This document shows, piece after piece, positions 40,124-49,200 of a stretch of 64,000 nucleotides of DNA. The translations under genes and the position numbers were made by a program. This DNA comes from Clostridia bacterium. GTDB lineage: Bacteria > Bacillota > Clostridia > CAKSNL01 > HGM11501. Location of the stretch: NCBI GenBank assembly GCA_045545475.1, contig JAZQAZ010000020.1, positions 64,001-128,000 on the forward strand. The letters run 5' to 3'. Numbering within the stretch: position 1 is the stretch's first letter; the number at the start of each line of letters is the position of its first letter. The notes beneath the pieces are model-generated. The model worked only from the letters and a program-made list of their open reading frames with translations, was not told the DNA's origin and did no database searches.

Positions 40124-41344
40124 ATGAGTGAAATTAAGTTAATTGAAGGCAGTGTTTGTGCGGCAAAGGGTTTTAAGGCGTCGGGCATTCATTGCGGAAT
40201 AAGAAAAAATAAAGTGAAAAAAGACCTTGCTTTAATCGTAAGTGAGAAAAGAGCAACTGCTGCGGCTGTTTATACCACCAATCTTGTAAAGGGTGCACCT
40301 TTAACGGTAACGAAAAAGCATTTGTCCGACGGTTATGCACAGGCGGTTATCTGTAACAGCGGAAACGCCAATACCTGTAACGCAGACGGTATCGAAGTTG
40401 CAGAAAAGATGAGTGCAATACTTGCCGAAGAGCTTAAGATAAATAAGGATGATATAATTGTTGCATCCACCGGCGTTATCGGTCAGAAGCTTGATATAAC
40501 TCCCATAAAGGAAGGAATCCCTTCTCTTTGTGCTAATCTTAAGTGCGACGGACTTGATGCGGCAGAAGGTATCATGACAACAGATACTGTTAAAAAGGAA
40601 GTTGCCGTAAGCTTCTGTATAGGCGGAGTAGAATGCAAAATGGGCGGTATCGCAAAGGGAAGCGGTATGATTCATCCCAATATGGCGACAATGCTTGTGT
40701 TTATCACAACAGATGCTGCAATAAGTGCTGAAATGCTTAAGAAGGCACTTTCCGGCGATATAACAGAAACCTTTAATATGTTAAGCATTGACGGTGATAC
40801 ATCCACAAACGATATGGTTGCGGTTATGGCAAACGGTATGGCAGGAAATAAGGAAATCACAGAAGATGGTGAAGACTTTGCTACCTTCTGTAAGGCACTT
40901 AATACTTTGACCGTACAGCTTTGCAGAATGATTGCAGGTGACGGTGAAGGTGCAACAAAGCTTCTTCAGTGTATCGTAACAGGTGCAAAGACCAAGGATG
41001 CTGCAAAGACTGCCGCAAAGAGCGTTATCTGCTCATCCCTCACAAAGGCGGCAATGTTCGGTGCAGATGCTAACTGGGGAAGAGTGCTTTGTGCTTTAGG
41101 CTACAGCGGTGCTGATATTGATGTGAATAAGGTTGATGTTCACTTTTCCTCTCCCAAGGGCAAAATCCTTGTTTGCAAGGATGGTGCGGGAGTTGACTTT
41201 TCCGAAGAAATTGCAAAGGAAATTCTTTTAGAGAAGGAAATCGACATTTTAGTTGACTTAAACGACGGAGAAGCCGATTCTGTTGCATGGGGATGCGACC
41301 TTACATACGATTACGTTAAAATAAACGGCGACTACAGAACCTGA
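40124..41344 (+). CDS. argJ: Ornithine acetyltransferase / N-acetylglutamate synthase
   Basis: NSGNANTC, KGSGMIHPNMATML, DGDTSTND, DGEGATK, WGCDLTYDYVKIN. Confidence 0.97.
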   Translation: MSEIKLIEGSVCAAKGFKASGIHCGIRKNKVKKDLALIVSEKRATAAAVYTTNLVKGAPLTVTKKHLSDGYAQAVICNSGNANTCNADGIEVAEKMSAILAEELKINKDDIIVASTGVIGQKLDITPIKEGIPSLCANLKCDGLDAAEGIMTTDTVKKEVAVSFCIGGVECKMGGIAKGSGMIHPNMATMLVFITTDAAISAEMLKKALSGDITETFNMLSIDGDTSTNDMVAVMANGMAGNKEITEDGEDFATFCKALNTLTVQLCRMIAGDGEGATKLLQCIVTGAKTKDAAKTAAKSVICSSLTKAAMFGADANWGRVLCALGYSGADIDVNKVDVHFSSPKGKILVCKDGAGVDFSEEIAKEILLEKEIDILVDLNDGEADSVAWGCDLTYDYVKINGDYRT

Positions 41345-41363
41345 TAAAGATAGGGGATTTTAT

Positions 41364-42245
41364 ATGGAACTTAAAGTAACAAACGCCCAGAGGGCTGAAA
41401 TATTAACTCAGGCACTTCCTTATATTCAGCAGTATTACGGCAAAATCGTTGTGGTTAAATACGGCGGAAACGCCATGATAAATGAAGAACTTAAAGAGCA
41501 GGTTATGGAAGACATCGTTCTTCTTCACTTAATCGGCGTAAAGGTTGTTGTGGTTCACGGCGGCGGCCCCGAAATAAGTGATATGCTTAAGAAAGTCGGA
41601 AAAGAATCCGTATTCTTGGACGGTCTTCGTGTTACTGATAAGGAAACCGTTGATATTGTGCAGATGATTCTGGCCGGGAAAATCAATAAAAATCTTGTAA
41701 GCCTTATTGAACAGAAGGGCGGCAAGGCTATGGGCATTTCCGGTATTGACGGTCATATGATCGAGGCAGAAATGAAGGACGAACGCTACGGCTATGTGGG
41801 AACAATAACAAAGGTTAATACAGAGCCTGTCTGCGATTTAATAGAAAAAGGCTATATTCCCATCGTTTCCACGGTAGGATGCGACATGGAGGGTAATACA
41901 TACAACATAAATGCAGATACAGCGGCGGCATTCATTGCAGGTGCCTTAAAGGCTGAGCGTCTTATTTCAATGACTGATATAACCGGCGTTCTCCGTGATA
42001 AGGACGATCCCGACTCTGTTATCCACTGCATGGATATAGCCGAGGCAAAAACCTTATTTGCCAACGGAATTATCTGCGGCGGAATGATTCCGAAGGTTGA
42101 ATGCTGTATCGAGGCAATCAATATGGGCGTTGAAAGAGTTACCATTCTTGACGGAAGAGTGCCCCATGCACTGCTTTTGGAAACTCTTACGGACGAAGGT
42201 GCGGGAACAATGGTTATCCGCGATAAAAGTGAGGCAGGATTATGA
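41364..42245 (+). CDS. argB: Acetylglutamate kinase
   Basis: VVKYGGNAM, VHGGGPEI, NINADTAA, GGMIPKV. Confidence 0.97.
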   Translation: MELKVTNAQRAEILTQALPYIQQYYGKIVVVKYGGNAMINEELKEQVMEDIVLLHLIGVKVVVVHGGGPEISDMLKKVGKESVFLDGLRVTDKETVDIVQMILAGKINKNLVSLIEQKGGKAMGISGIDGHMIEAEMKDERYGYVGTITKVNTEPVCDLIEKGYIPIVSTVGCDMEGNTYNINADTAAAFIAGALKAERLISMTDITGVLRDKDDPDSVIHCMDIAEAKTLFANGIICGGMIPKVECCIEAINMGVERVTILDGRVPHALLLETLTDEGAGTMVIRDKSEAGL

Positions 42246-43396
42246 GCATTATAAACGATGACAGTAAATACATTGCAAATACCTATGCACGTTTCCCTCT
42301 TGCAATAGTAAGGGGAAAGGGTGCTCTTTGCTATGACGAAGAGGGAAAAGAGTACATCGACCTCGGAAGCGGAATTGCTGTAAACGCCTTCGGATACTCC
42401 GATGACGAGTGGGTTAAGGCGGTAACGAGCCAGCTTTCAAAGGTTCAGCATACTTCAAATCTTTATTACACCGAGCCTTGTACACGCCTTGCTAAAATGC
42501 TTTGCGAAAAAACAGGTGCGAAAAAGGTGTTTTTCGGAAACTCCGGTGCCGAGGCAAATGAATGTGCCATAAAGGTTGCAAGAAAATATGCCGAGGATAA
42601 GGGCATCGAGGGTGCAAAAATCATAACCCTTAATAACAGCTTTCACGGAAGAACTTTAGCGACGCTTGCCGCAACAGGACAGGATGTTTTCCATAAGTCA
42701 TTTTTGCCCCTTCCCGACGGCTTCTGTCATATAGATGCGGGGGATGTTGATGCATTTAAGGCACTTGTCGAAAAGGAAAATATCGCTGCAATTATGATGG
42801 AAATGGTGCAGGGCGAAGGCGGAGTTATGCCTCTTTCGGAAGATTTCGTAAAAGAGGTTTGCCGCATCGCAAAGGAAAAGGACATCCTTGTAATTGTTGA
42901 TGAGGTGCAGACCGGTAACGGAAGATGCGGTGCACTTTATGCATATATGAATTACGGAATCAAGCCGGATGTTGTAACCACCGCAAAAGGACTTGGCGGC
43001 GGCCTTCCCATCGGATGCTGTATGATGTTTGAAAAAACGGAAAATGTGTTAAAGAGTGGCGATCACGGCTCAACCTTTGGCGGAAACCCCGTTGCATCTG
43101 CAGGAGCGGTGAGCATAATTGAAAGAATAGATGAAGCACTTTTATCCGAAGTAAAGGAAAAATCCGAAATGATTTTTTCATCTCTTAAGGGAGCAAAAGG
43201 CGTTAAGAGCGTTTCTGGTCAGGGACTTATGATTGGAATAGAAACCGAAAAGGATGCAGGCGAAGTAATTAAAGAATGTATGGGAAAAGGTGTTCTTGTA
43301 ATAAAGGCTAAAAACAAGGTAAGACTTCTTCCTCCGCTTAACATAAAGAAGGAAGAACTTAAAAAAGCACTTGATATAATTTTGTCCTGCCTTTAA
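42242..43396 (+). CDS. argD: Acetylornithine aminotransferase
   Basis: NSGAEANE, SFHGRT, DEVQTG, AKGLGGG, HGSTFGGNP; arg operon context. Confidence 0.94.
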   Translation: MSIINDDSKYIANTYARFPLAIVRGKGALCYDEEGKEYIDLGSGIAVNAFGYSDDEWVKAVTSQLSKVQHTSNLYYTEPCTRLAKMLCEKTGAKKVFFGNSGAEANECAIKVARKYAEDKGIEGAKIITLNNSFHGRTLATLAATGQDVFHKSFLPLPDGFCHIDAGDVDAFKALVEKENIAAIMMEMVQGEGGVMPLSEDFVKEVCRIAKEKDILVIVDEVQTGNGRCGALYAYMNYGIKPDVVTTAKGLGGGLPIGCCMMFEKTENVLKSGDHGSTFGGNPVASAGAVSIIERIDEALLSEVKEKSEMIFSSLKGAKGVKSVSGQGLMIGIETEKDAGEVIKECMGKGVLVIKAKNKVRLLPPLNIKKEELKKALDIILSCL

Positions 43397-43397
43397 T

Positions 43398-43446
43398 AAA
43401 AATAAAACAAGACATTTATTTAAATAAATGTCTTGTTTTTATTTTT
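43398..43446 (+). terminator. Terminator after arg operon
   Basis: AAAATAAAACAAGACATTTATT/AATAAATGTCTTGTTTTATTTT palindrome. Confidence 0.7.
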
Positions 43447-43495
43447 GAGTTGTGCTATAATATCAAGGATTGAGTTATAAAGTGAGGCAGTTTTT

Positions 43496-44965
43496 ATGAT
43501 GAGGAAAATTGGCTTTGACAACGAAAAATACATAAAGATGCAGTCTGAACACATCGGAAAGCGTGTTGAGGAGTTCGGCGACAAGCTTTACTTGGAGCTT
43601 GGCGGTAAGCTTTTTGATGACTATCACGCATCCCGAGTGCTTCCCGGTTTTCAGCCTGACAGTAAAATGAAGATGCTTATGCACTTATCGGACAAGCTTG
43701 AAATCGTCATCGTTATAAGTGCCATCGACATTGTGAAAAACAAGGTGAGAAGCGACTATAACATAACCTATGACCTTGATACAATCCGCCTTATTGAAGC
43801 ATTCAAAGGCCTCGGTCTTATGGTGGGAAGCGTTGTTATAACTCAGTATAGCTCTCAGGCAGCGGCAGACGTTTTTAAGAAAAGGCTTGAAAATATGGGA
43901 ATGAAGGTATTTCTTCACTATCCCATTGAAGGTTACCCATCAAATGTGGAACTGATTGTAAGTGACGAAGGCTACGGCAAAAACGATTATATCGAAACCG
44001 AGCGGCCCATCGTTGTCGTAACCGCACCGGGTCCCGGAAGCGGAAAAATGGCAACCTGCTTATCTCAGCTCTATCACGAAAACAAGAGGGGAGTGAAGGC
44101 GGGCTACGCCAAGTTTGAAACCTTCCCCATATGGAACCTTCCCTTAAAGCATCACGTAAATCTGGCGTATGAAGCTGCAACGGTGGACTTAAATGACGTC
44201 AACATGATTGACCCGTTCCATCTTGAAGCATACGGTGAAACAGCCGTAAATTATAACAGAGACATTGAAATTTTCCCTGTGCTTAATGCTATGTTTGAAA
44301 AGATAATGGGGACGAGCCCTTATAAGTCACCTACGGATATGGGCGTTAATATGGCGGGAAATTGCATAATCGACGACGAGGTTGTCCGTCAGGCATCAAA
44401 GGAAGAAATTGTAAGAAGATACTACCAGGTATTAAAAGATAAAACCAACGGAAAATGCGACATTGACGTGATAAGGAAAATGGAGCTTATCATGAAGCAG
44501 GCAGAGGTAAGTACCCTTGACCGTAAGGTTGCAGAGGCGGCACTTAAAAAAGCGGAAACTGCTAAGGGCCCCGTGTGTGCAATCCAGCTTCCCGACGGCA
44601 AGATAGTAACGGGAAAAACCTCCTCGCTTCTTGGTGCATCCAGTGCGGCACTCCTTAATGCACTTAAGGAAATAACGGGAATCGAGGATGATGTTCATCT
44701 TATATCACCGGAGGTTATTGAGCCTCTTCAGAACCTTAAAATAAATCATCTGGGAAGCAAAAACCCGAGAATACATATGGATGAAACATTGGTTGCTCTT
44801 TCAATCTGTGCGGCAAGTGATCCTTTAGCGAAAAAGGCACTCGAAGGCATAAGTGAGCTTAAGGGTGCGGAAGCACACTCAACCGTAATTTTATCACAGG
44901 TAGATGAAAATATGTTCAAAAAGCTTGGCATAAATTTAACATGCGAAGCAACATATAATAAATAA
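43496..44965 (+). CDS. DUF1846 (UPF0371) family protein
   Basis: KLYLELGGKLFDDYHASRVLPGF, TAPGPGSGKMATCLSQLYHE, SPTDMGVNM. Confidence 0.9.
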   Translation: MMRKIGFDNEKYIKMQSEHIGKRVEEFGDKLYLELGGKLFDDYHASRVLPGFQPDSKMKMLMHLSDKLEIVIVISAIDIVKNKVRSDYNITYDLDTIRLIEAFKGLGLMVGSVVITQYSSQAAADVFKKRLENMGMKVFLHYPIEGYPSNVELIVSDEGYGKNDYIETERPIVVVTAPGPGSGKMATCLSQLYHENKRGVKAGYAKFETFPIWNLPLKHHVNLAYEAATVDLNDVNMIDPFHLEAYGETAVNYNRDIEIFPVLNAMFEKIMGTSPYKSPTDMGVNMAGNCIIDDEVVRQASKEEIVRRYYQVLKDKTNGKCDIDVIRKMELIMKQAEVSTLDRKVAEAALKKAETAKGPVCAIQLPDGKIVTGKTSSLLGASSAALLNALKEITGIEDDVHLISPEVIEPLQNLKINHLGSKNPRIHMDETLVALSICAASDPLAKKALEGISELKGAEAHSTVILSQVDENMFKKLGINLTCEATYNK

Positions 44966-44971
44966 TTCTGT

Positions 44972-45005
44972 GGCAGCTGTAAACTTATGTTTACAGCTGC
45001 CTTTT
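44972..45005 (+). terminator. Intrinsic terminator upstream of recombinase gene
   Basis: GGCAGCTGTAAAC-ttat-GTTTACAGCTGCC-TTTT. Confidence 0.85.
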
Positions 45006-45098
45006 ATTTTGCGCTTGCAATTCTTTACAAAATATGTAATAATAAATCCGGATGCCGGACAGAATAATACAGCCTTAATAAAAATAAGGAGGTTTATT

Positions 45099-45929
45099 AT
45101 GGATTTTTTATCTGAATTCAGAGAAAGGCTTGTAAATGATGAGAAGGCAAAACTTACTGTGGAAAAATATGTAAGAGACTGCAGGGCGTTTTTAGCATGG
45201 GTTTCGGAAAGCGGGAGAACGCTGGATAAAGAGGCGGTGCTTTGCTATAAGGAGCTTATTTCAAAGAAACACAAAACTGCCGGAGCGAATTCTATACTGT
45301 CATCTCTGAATGCATATTTTTCATATATAGGGAGAGATGAGCTTAAGGTAAAAATATTAAAGAGACAAATGACTACCTTCAGAAACGAAGAGAAAGAACT
45401 TACGAGAGACGAATATGTAAGGCTGCTTAATGCCGCAAAGGAGCGTAAAAACAGAAAGCTTTATTATATTATGATGACTGTATGCCGCACAGGGATAAGA
45501 ATTTCGGAGCTTTCTTATATTACGGTGGAAGCGGCAAGAAAAAAGGAGGCGGTTATAGGAAATAAGGGGAAGATAAGAATTATCCTGCTTCCGGAAAAGC
45601 TTTGCAGAGAGCTTCTTTGTTATGCTTCTGAAGAAAAAATAAAAAGCGGCCCCCTGTTTGTAACAAAAAACGGGAATCCGCTTGACCGATCAAATATATG
45701 GAAAATGATGAAATCTCTTTGCGAAAGTGCGAATGTGGAAAGGGAAAAGGTTTTTCCGCATAATTTAAGGCATCTTTTTGCGGTAACCTTTTACAGTGTC
45801 CATAAAGATATTGTGCATCTGGCAGATATTTTAGGACATTCTACGGTTTCCACTACAAGAATTTATACACTGGAAAGCAGCGGGGCACATAGAAAACAGA
45901 TGGAACAACTAACAGGTCTTTTGATTTAA
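45099..45929 (+). CDS. Tyrosine-type site-specific recombinase (putative DNA invertase), 276 aa
   Basis: RBS AAGGAGG; catalytic set R (TGIRISEL), K (GNKGK), HxxR (HNLRH), H (LGHS), Y (TTRIY); N-terminal core-binding helices (TVEKYVRD). Confidence 0.93.
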   Translation: MDFLSEFRERLVNDEKAKLTVEKYVRDCRAFLAWVSESGRTLDKEAVLCYKELISKKHKTAGANSILSSLNAYFSYIGRDELKVKILKRQMTTFRNEEKELTRDEYVRLLNAAKERKNRKLYYIMMTVCRTGIRISELSYITVEAARKKEAVIGNKGKIRIILLPEKLCRELLCYASEEKIKSGPLFVTKNGNPLDRSNIWKMMKSLCESANVEREKVFPHNLRHLFAVTFYSVHKDIVHLADILGHSTVSTTRIYTLESSGAHRKQMEQLTGLLI

Positions 45930-45937
45930 AAATAAAA

Positions 45938-45965
45938 ATACCACATAATGCCGATTATGTGGTAA
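45938..45965. repeat. Left recombination site (IRL), dif-like 11-6-11 palindrome
   Basis: ATACCACATAA-TGCCGA-TTATGTGGTAA, starting 8 bp after the recombinase stop. Confidence 0.9.
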
Positions 45966-45984
45966 AAAGAATTATTACATAAAG

Positions 45985-46013
45985 ATTATAACATCAGGGA
46001 AGCGGTTTGTCAA
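45985..46013 (-). promoter_or_regulatory. Consensus SigA promoter inside invertible segment (currently facing away from downstream gene)
   Basis: Minus strand TTGACA (46013-46008), 17 bp, TATAAT (45990-45985) with extended TG. Confidence 0.88.
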
Positions 46014-46067
46014 TAGTTTTTTATCAATGGAAAAATAAAACTTTGCAAAAATCAGACATAATGAAGC

Positions 46068-46105
46068 GACCGATGAGGCAGAATTTTACATCGGTCTTTT
46101 TTTTG
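46068..46105 (+). terminator. Orientation-dependent intrinsic terminator inside invertible segment
   Basis: GACCGATG..CATCGGTC hairpin followed by a long T run on the plus strand only. Confidence 0.7.
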
Positions 46106-46166
46106 CGCACATTTTTTGGGAAAAATTTCTTTTTATAAAATCCGTATGGCAGATGAGAAGGAGAGA

Positions 46167-46194
46167 TTACCACATAATCGGCATTATGTGGTAG
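46167..46194. repeat. Right recombination site (IRR), inverted copy of IRL
   Basis: TTACCACATAA-TCGGCA-TTATGTGGTAG; its reverse complement matches IRL at 27/28 positions, including the asymmetric spacer. Confidence 0.9.
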
Positions 46195-46229
46195 AAAATT
46201 ATGAGTGGTTTTTTGAAAGGAAGGATTTT

Positions 46230-49200
46230 ATGAAAAAGGAGTTTTTGCACATTTTCAGCTTCGTTATGATTGCAATTTTCACATTCTCTTGTATCGGGGC
46301 TGTAAGTGCGGAAGAAACCTTCGATATTCCCGTAATTGAGGAAGTATCGGAGGAGGAGCTTGCAGAGGTTCTCCCGGAAGAGGCAGACGTGGAGATGATG
46401 GAGGAAGAAACGGAAATCGCTAAGGAAGAAGCATATTTTGAAATACGTGACGGAAAAGGAAATCATGTATGGTTTTTTGCTGATTTGAAGGAGGCACTTT
46501 CCTCAGATAAATTACAAAACGGCTATACACTTTTGATGCTGAAAGACTACACTTGGGATTATACTCTGGCAGATGTATCCAAGGGCGAAATCAGCGGAAT
46601 AGATATGCCGGGAAGTAAAACCTTCACATGGGACGGCGACGGTCATACCATTACCGACAAATTTGACAGAAGCAAGTATACGAGAATGACTCAAAAAGAC
46701 GGTGTATGGACTACGGAGTTGGGAGGCCATGATGACAGAGCTTCCTACAATCTTGGTAGTGCAAAAGTAACTGCGAAAAACATAACATTTTCGGGAAATC
46801 CGCAAAATACGATTAATAAACAGGGACATACAAATGGCTGTTTTAATATCGGTAACGGTCAGCTTACATTGAAGGATGTTAAATTTATAAACTATTTCGG
46901 ATGGAACGGCAGCGTTTGTTGGATGCAGGGAACAGGCAAGCTGGTTATGGTTGAAAATGTAACTGCCGAAAACTGTTCAGTGCAATACCACGGTCTTATA
47001 GGGATAAATAAAGGAACTGCTGAAATAAGCGGATTCACTATGAAAAACTGTAAAGGAACTGCTGCTATCGGTGTAGGTACAGTTGCTTCCGAGGCAAGCC
47101 TTAACATAGAAAACAGCACTATAACAAATTGTTCAACCGGAATACTTGTAGGAGCTTCTGGTGAGTCTGGTAATCAGGGTGTTGCTAATATTGGAGACAA
47201 TGTGACTATATCCGGTTGTTCATATGGTATATCTGTTCATACTGGTGCTACAGTCAATGTGACAGGCTTAAACGTTAATATTAACAGAAATACCGAAAGT
47301 GGTATAGTTCTTTACAACAAAAAGGAAGCTGAAATTGGCTCAACATTAAATGCAACTGGTGGAATGAATATAACAGAAAACCAGAACGCCGGTATTGATA
47401 TTGCTGAAAACTCAATAGTTATATTAAATGGCAATGTCAATGTTACAGAAAATACAAATGCTGATATCAGAATGGAAGTAGCTGACGCACTTGAGGTTGG
47501 CGAAGGCTTTACTGGAACGGCAGGAGTTAGTGTTGTTTCAAACGATATCTGGTTCGGACATCTGGCAGAAGGGGTAGAAACACTTAATGGAACAATATAC
47601 GAGGGAATTGATCCCAACGGACATAAAGGTGCTGTATATGAAAGCCTGATTGGTTCGGGAACGGTAACCCATAACGGAAAAACATATTCTCTTAAAAAGC
47701 CTGTAACAAGAGACCTTGACGATAATGCTCTTGTAATTGGCTACAAAATGTATAAAAAAACAGGCTCCGATGCGGCGGGATACAAGAGAGTCGGAGCGGA
47801 TGCTGCCATAGGTACAAGTATGCTCAGCGGTGGAGAAATTTATCTTCTTTCGGATATAACTTTGGCAGGAGATATCAAGTGCGATAAGGATAGCTCTACT
47901 ATTGACGACCACTTTGACTTTACCGGAAGCACAGCTGTTGCAAATATATACGGAAATGGTCACACAATAAGCATTCATGATGATTATACAAAGGGGCATT
48001 TTTTCGCAGTTTACCAGGATGCGACCATGAATTTCCACGACGTTATTTATAACGGAAAAGGAAGGACGACTTTTGCCTATATACACTGCTCGGAAGACCC
48101 TAAGGGTGGCGGTGCAATAAGTGCAGACAATGTTATATATTATAATGGTAAGCATACTACCTATGCCGGCGGTATTTATAACTCAGGAGAAGCCTATGCC
48201 GGTACAATAAATGTAAAAGACTGTAAGTTTATAGCATGCAAAGGTGCAAACGGCGGTGCATTATATTCTACAGGACTCGGCGTGCTCAATGTATCTGATA
48301 CAGACTTTATAGATTGTGCGGCTACAAGTAACGGAGGTGCAGTTTATCTCACCAATAATCATACAATGACTATGTCTGGAGAAATCAATGCTACAGGCAA
48401 TAAGCGTGGAAGCAAGGAAAACAATGTGTACCTTTCAAGCGGAGCGAAAATAAACATAGCAGGAAACATAACAGGTGAAATAGGTCTTACTATGGCACAG
48501 TCAGGTGCAACCTTCGGAACTGTTGCAGATACCAATATCACAGGTCTTGATTGCTTCTATGCAGATGGTGCAGAGATAAGATATTATACAGCAATCGGCA
48601 CCGAACCTGTCATTGAAAAGGTTAAAGGTACCTTGTTCCCGGAAACTGTGGGAACAGGTGAACTTAACGGTGAGGTTGTTATCGATATGCAGGATGTTGC
48701 ATCAAGAAAAGAGGGAAGAGAAAAGGATGCAGTTTTGCACTGGCCCTGGATTGTAGTAAAAGAAGACGAAACCAGATACGGATATGTAAGCCTTAACTCG
48801 GCGTATTCAAACCTTGCGGCAACTTCATTCATATATGCTCAGAAGGACATAACAATTCAGCATTTGTGGGATAAAGCTATAACAACTGAAACAACAAGCG
48901 AGGAAAGAAAAGAAATCTATGCACACGTAGAATTTCCTCTTCCGGGTTCTGGAGATAGGCTTAACCATATAAATACGGGAGCAAATGTAAACATCGACGG
49001 AAACGGACACGTGATAACGGTAGATAAATCTGATAGTAACTATATGTTTGTTATATACGGCAATAACAAGAGCTTGCAACTTAAAAACTTTATTTATAAC
49101 GCCGATAAGCCTATGGCACATATACATAAAGACCAGGCAAACGGAACAGAAGCGATTATCATAAATAACAGTTATTTCAACAGTCCGAACAGAAATGTTA

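Noticed and set aside
44970-45098. N-terminal extension of the recombinase ORF
   Set aside because: It overlaps a terminator and promoter region; the ATG at 45099 has an AAGGAGG RBS.
45938-46194. Sites as the chromosomal dif / replication terminus
   Set aside because: There are two inverted copies with symmetric arms beside a dedicated recombinase and enclosing a promoter, and gene orientation stays mostly plus on both sides, with no replichore switch.
46116-46229. N-terminal extension of the 1315-aa ORF
   Set aside because: It runs through the recombination site; the ATG at 46230 has an RBS and starts a signal peptide.
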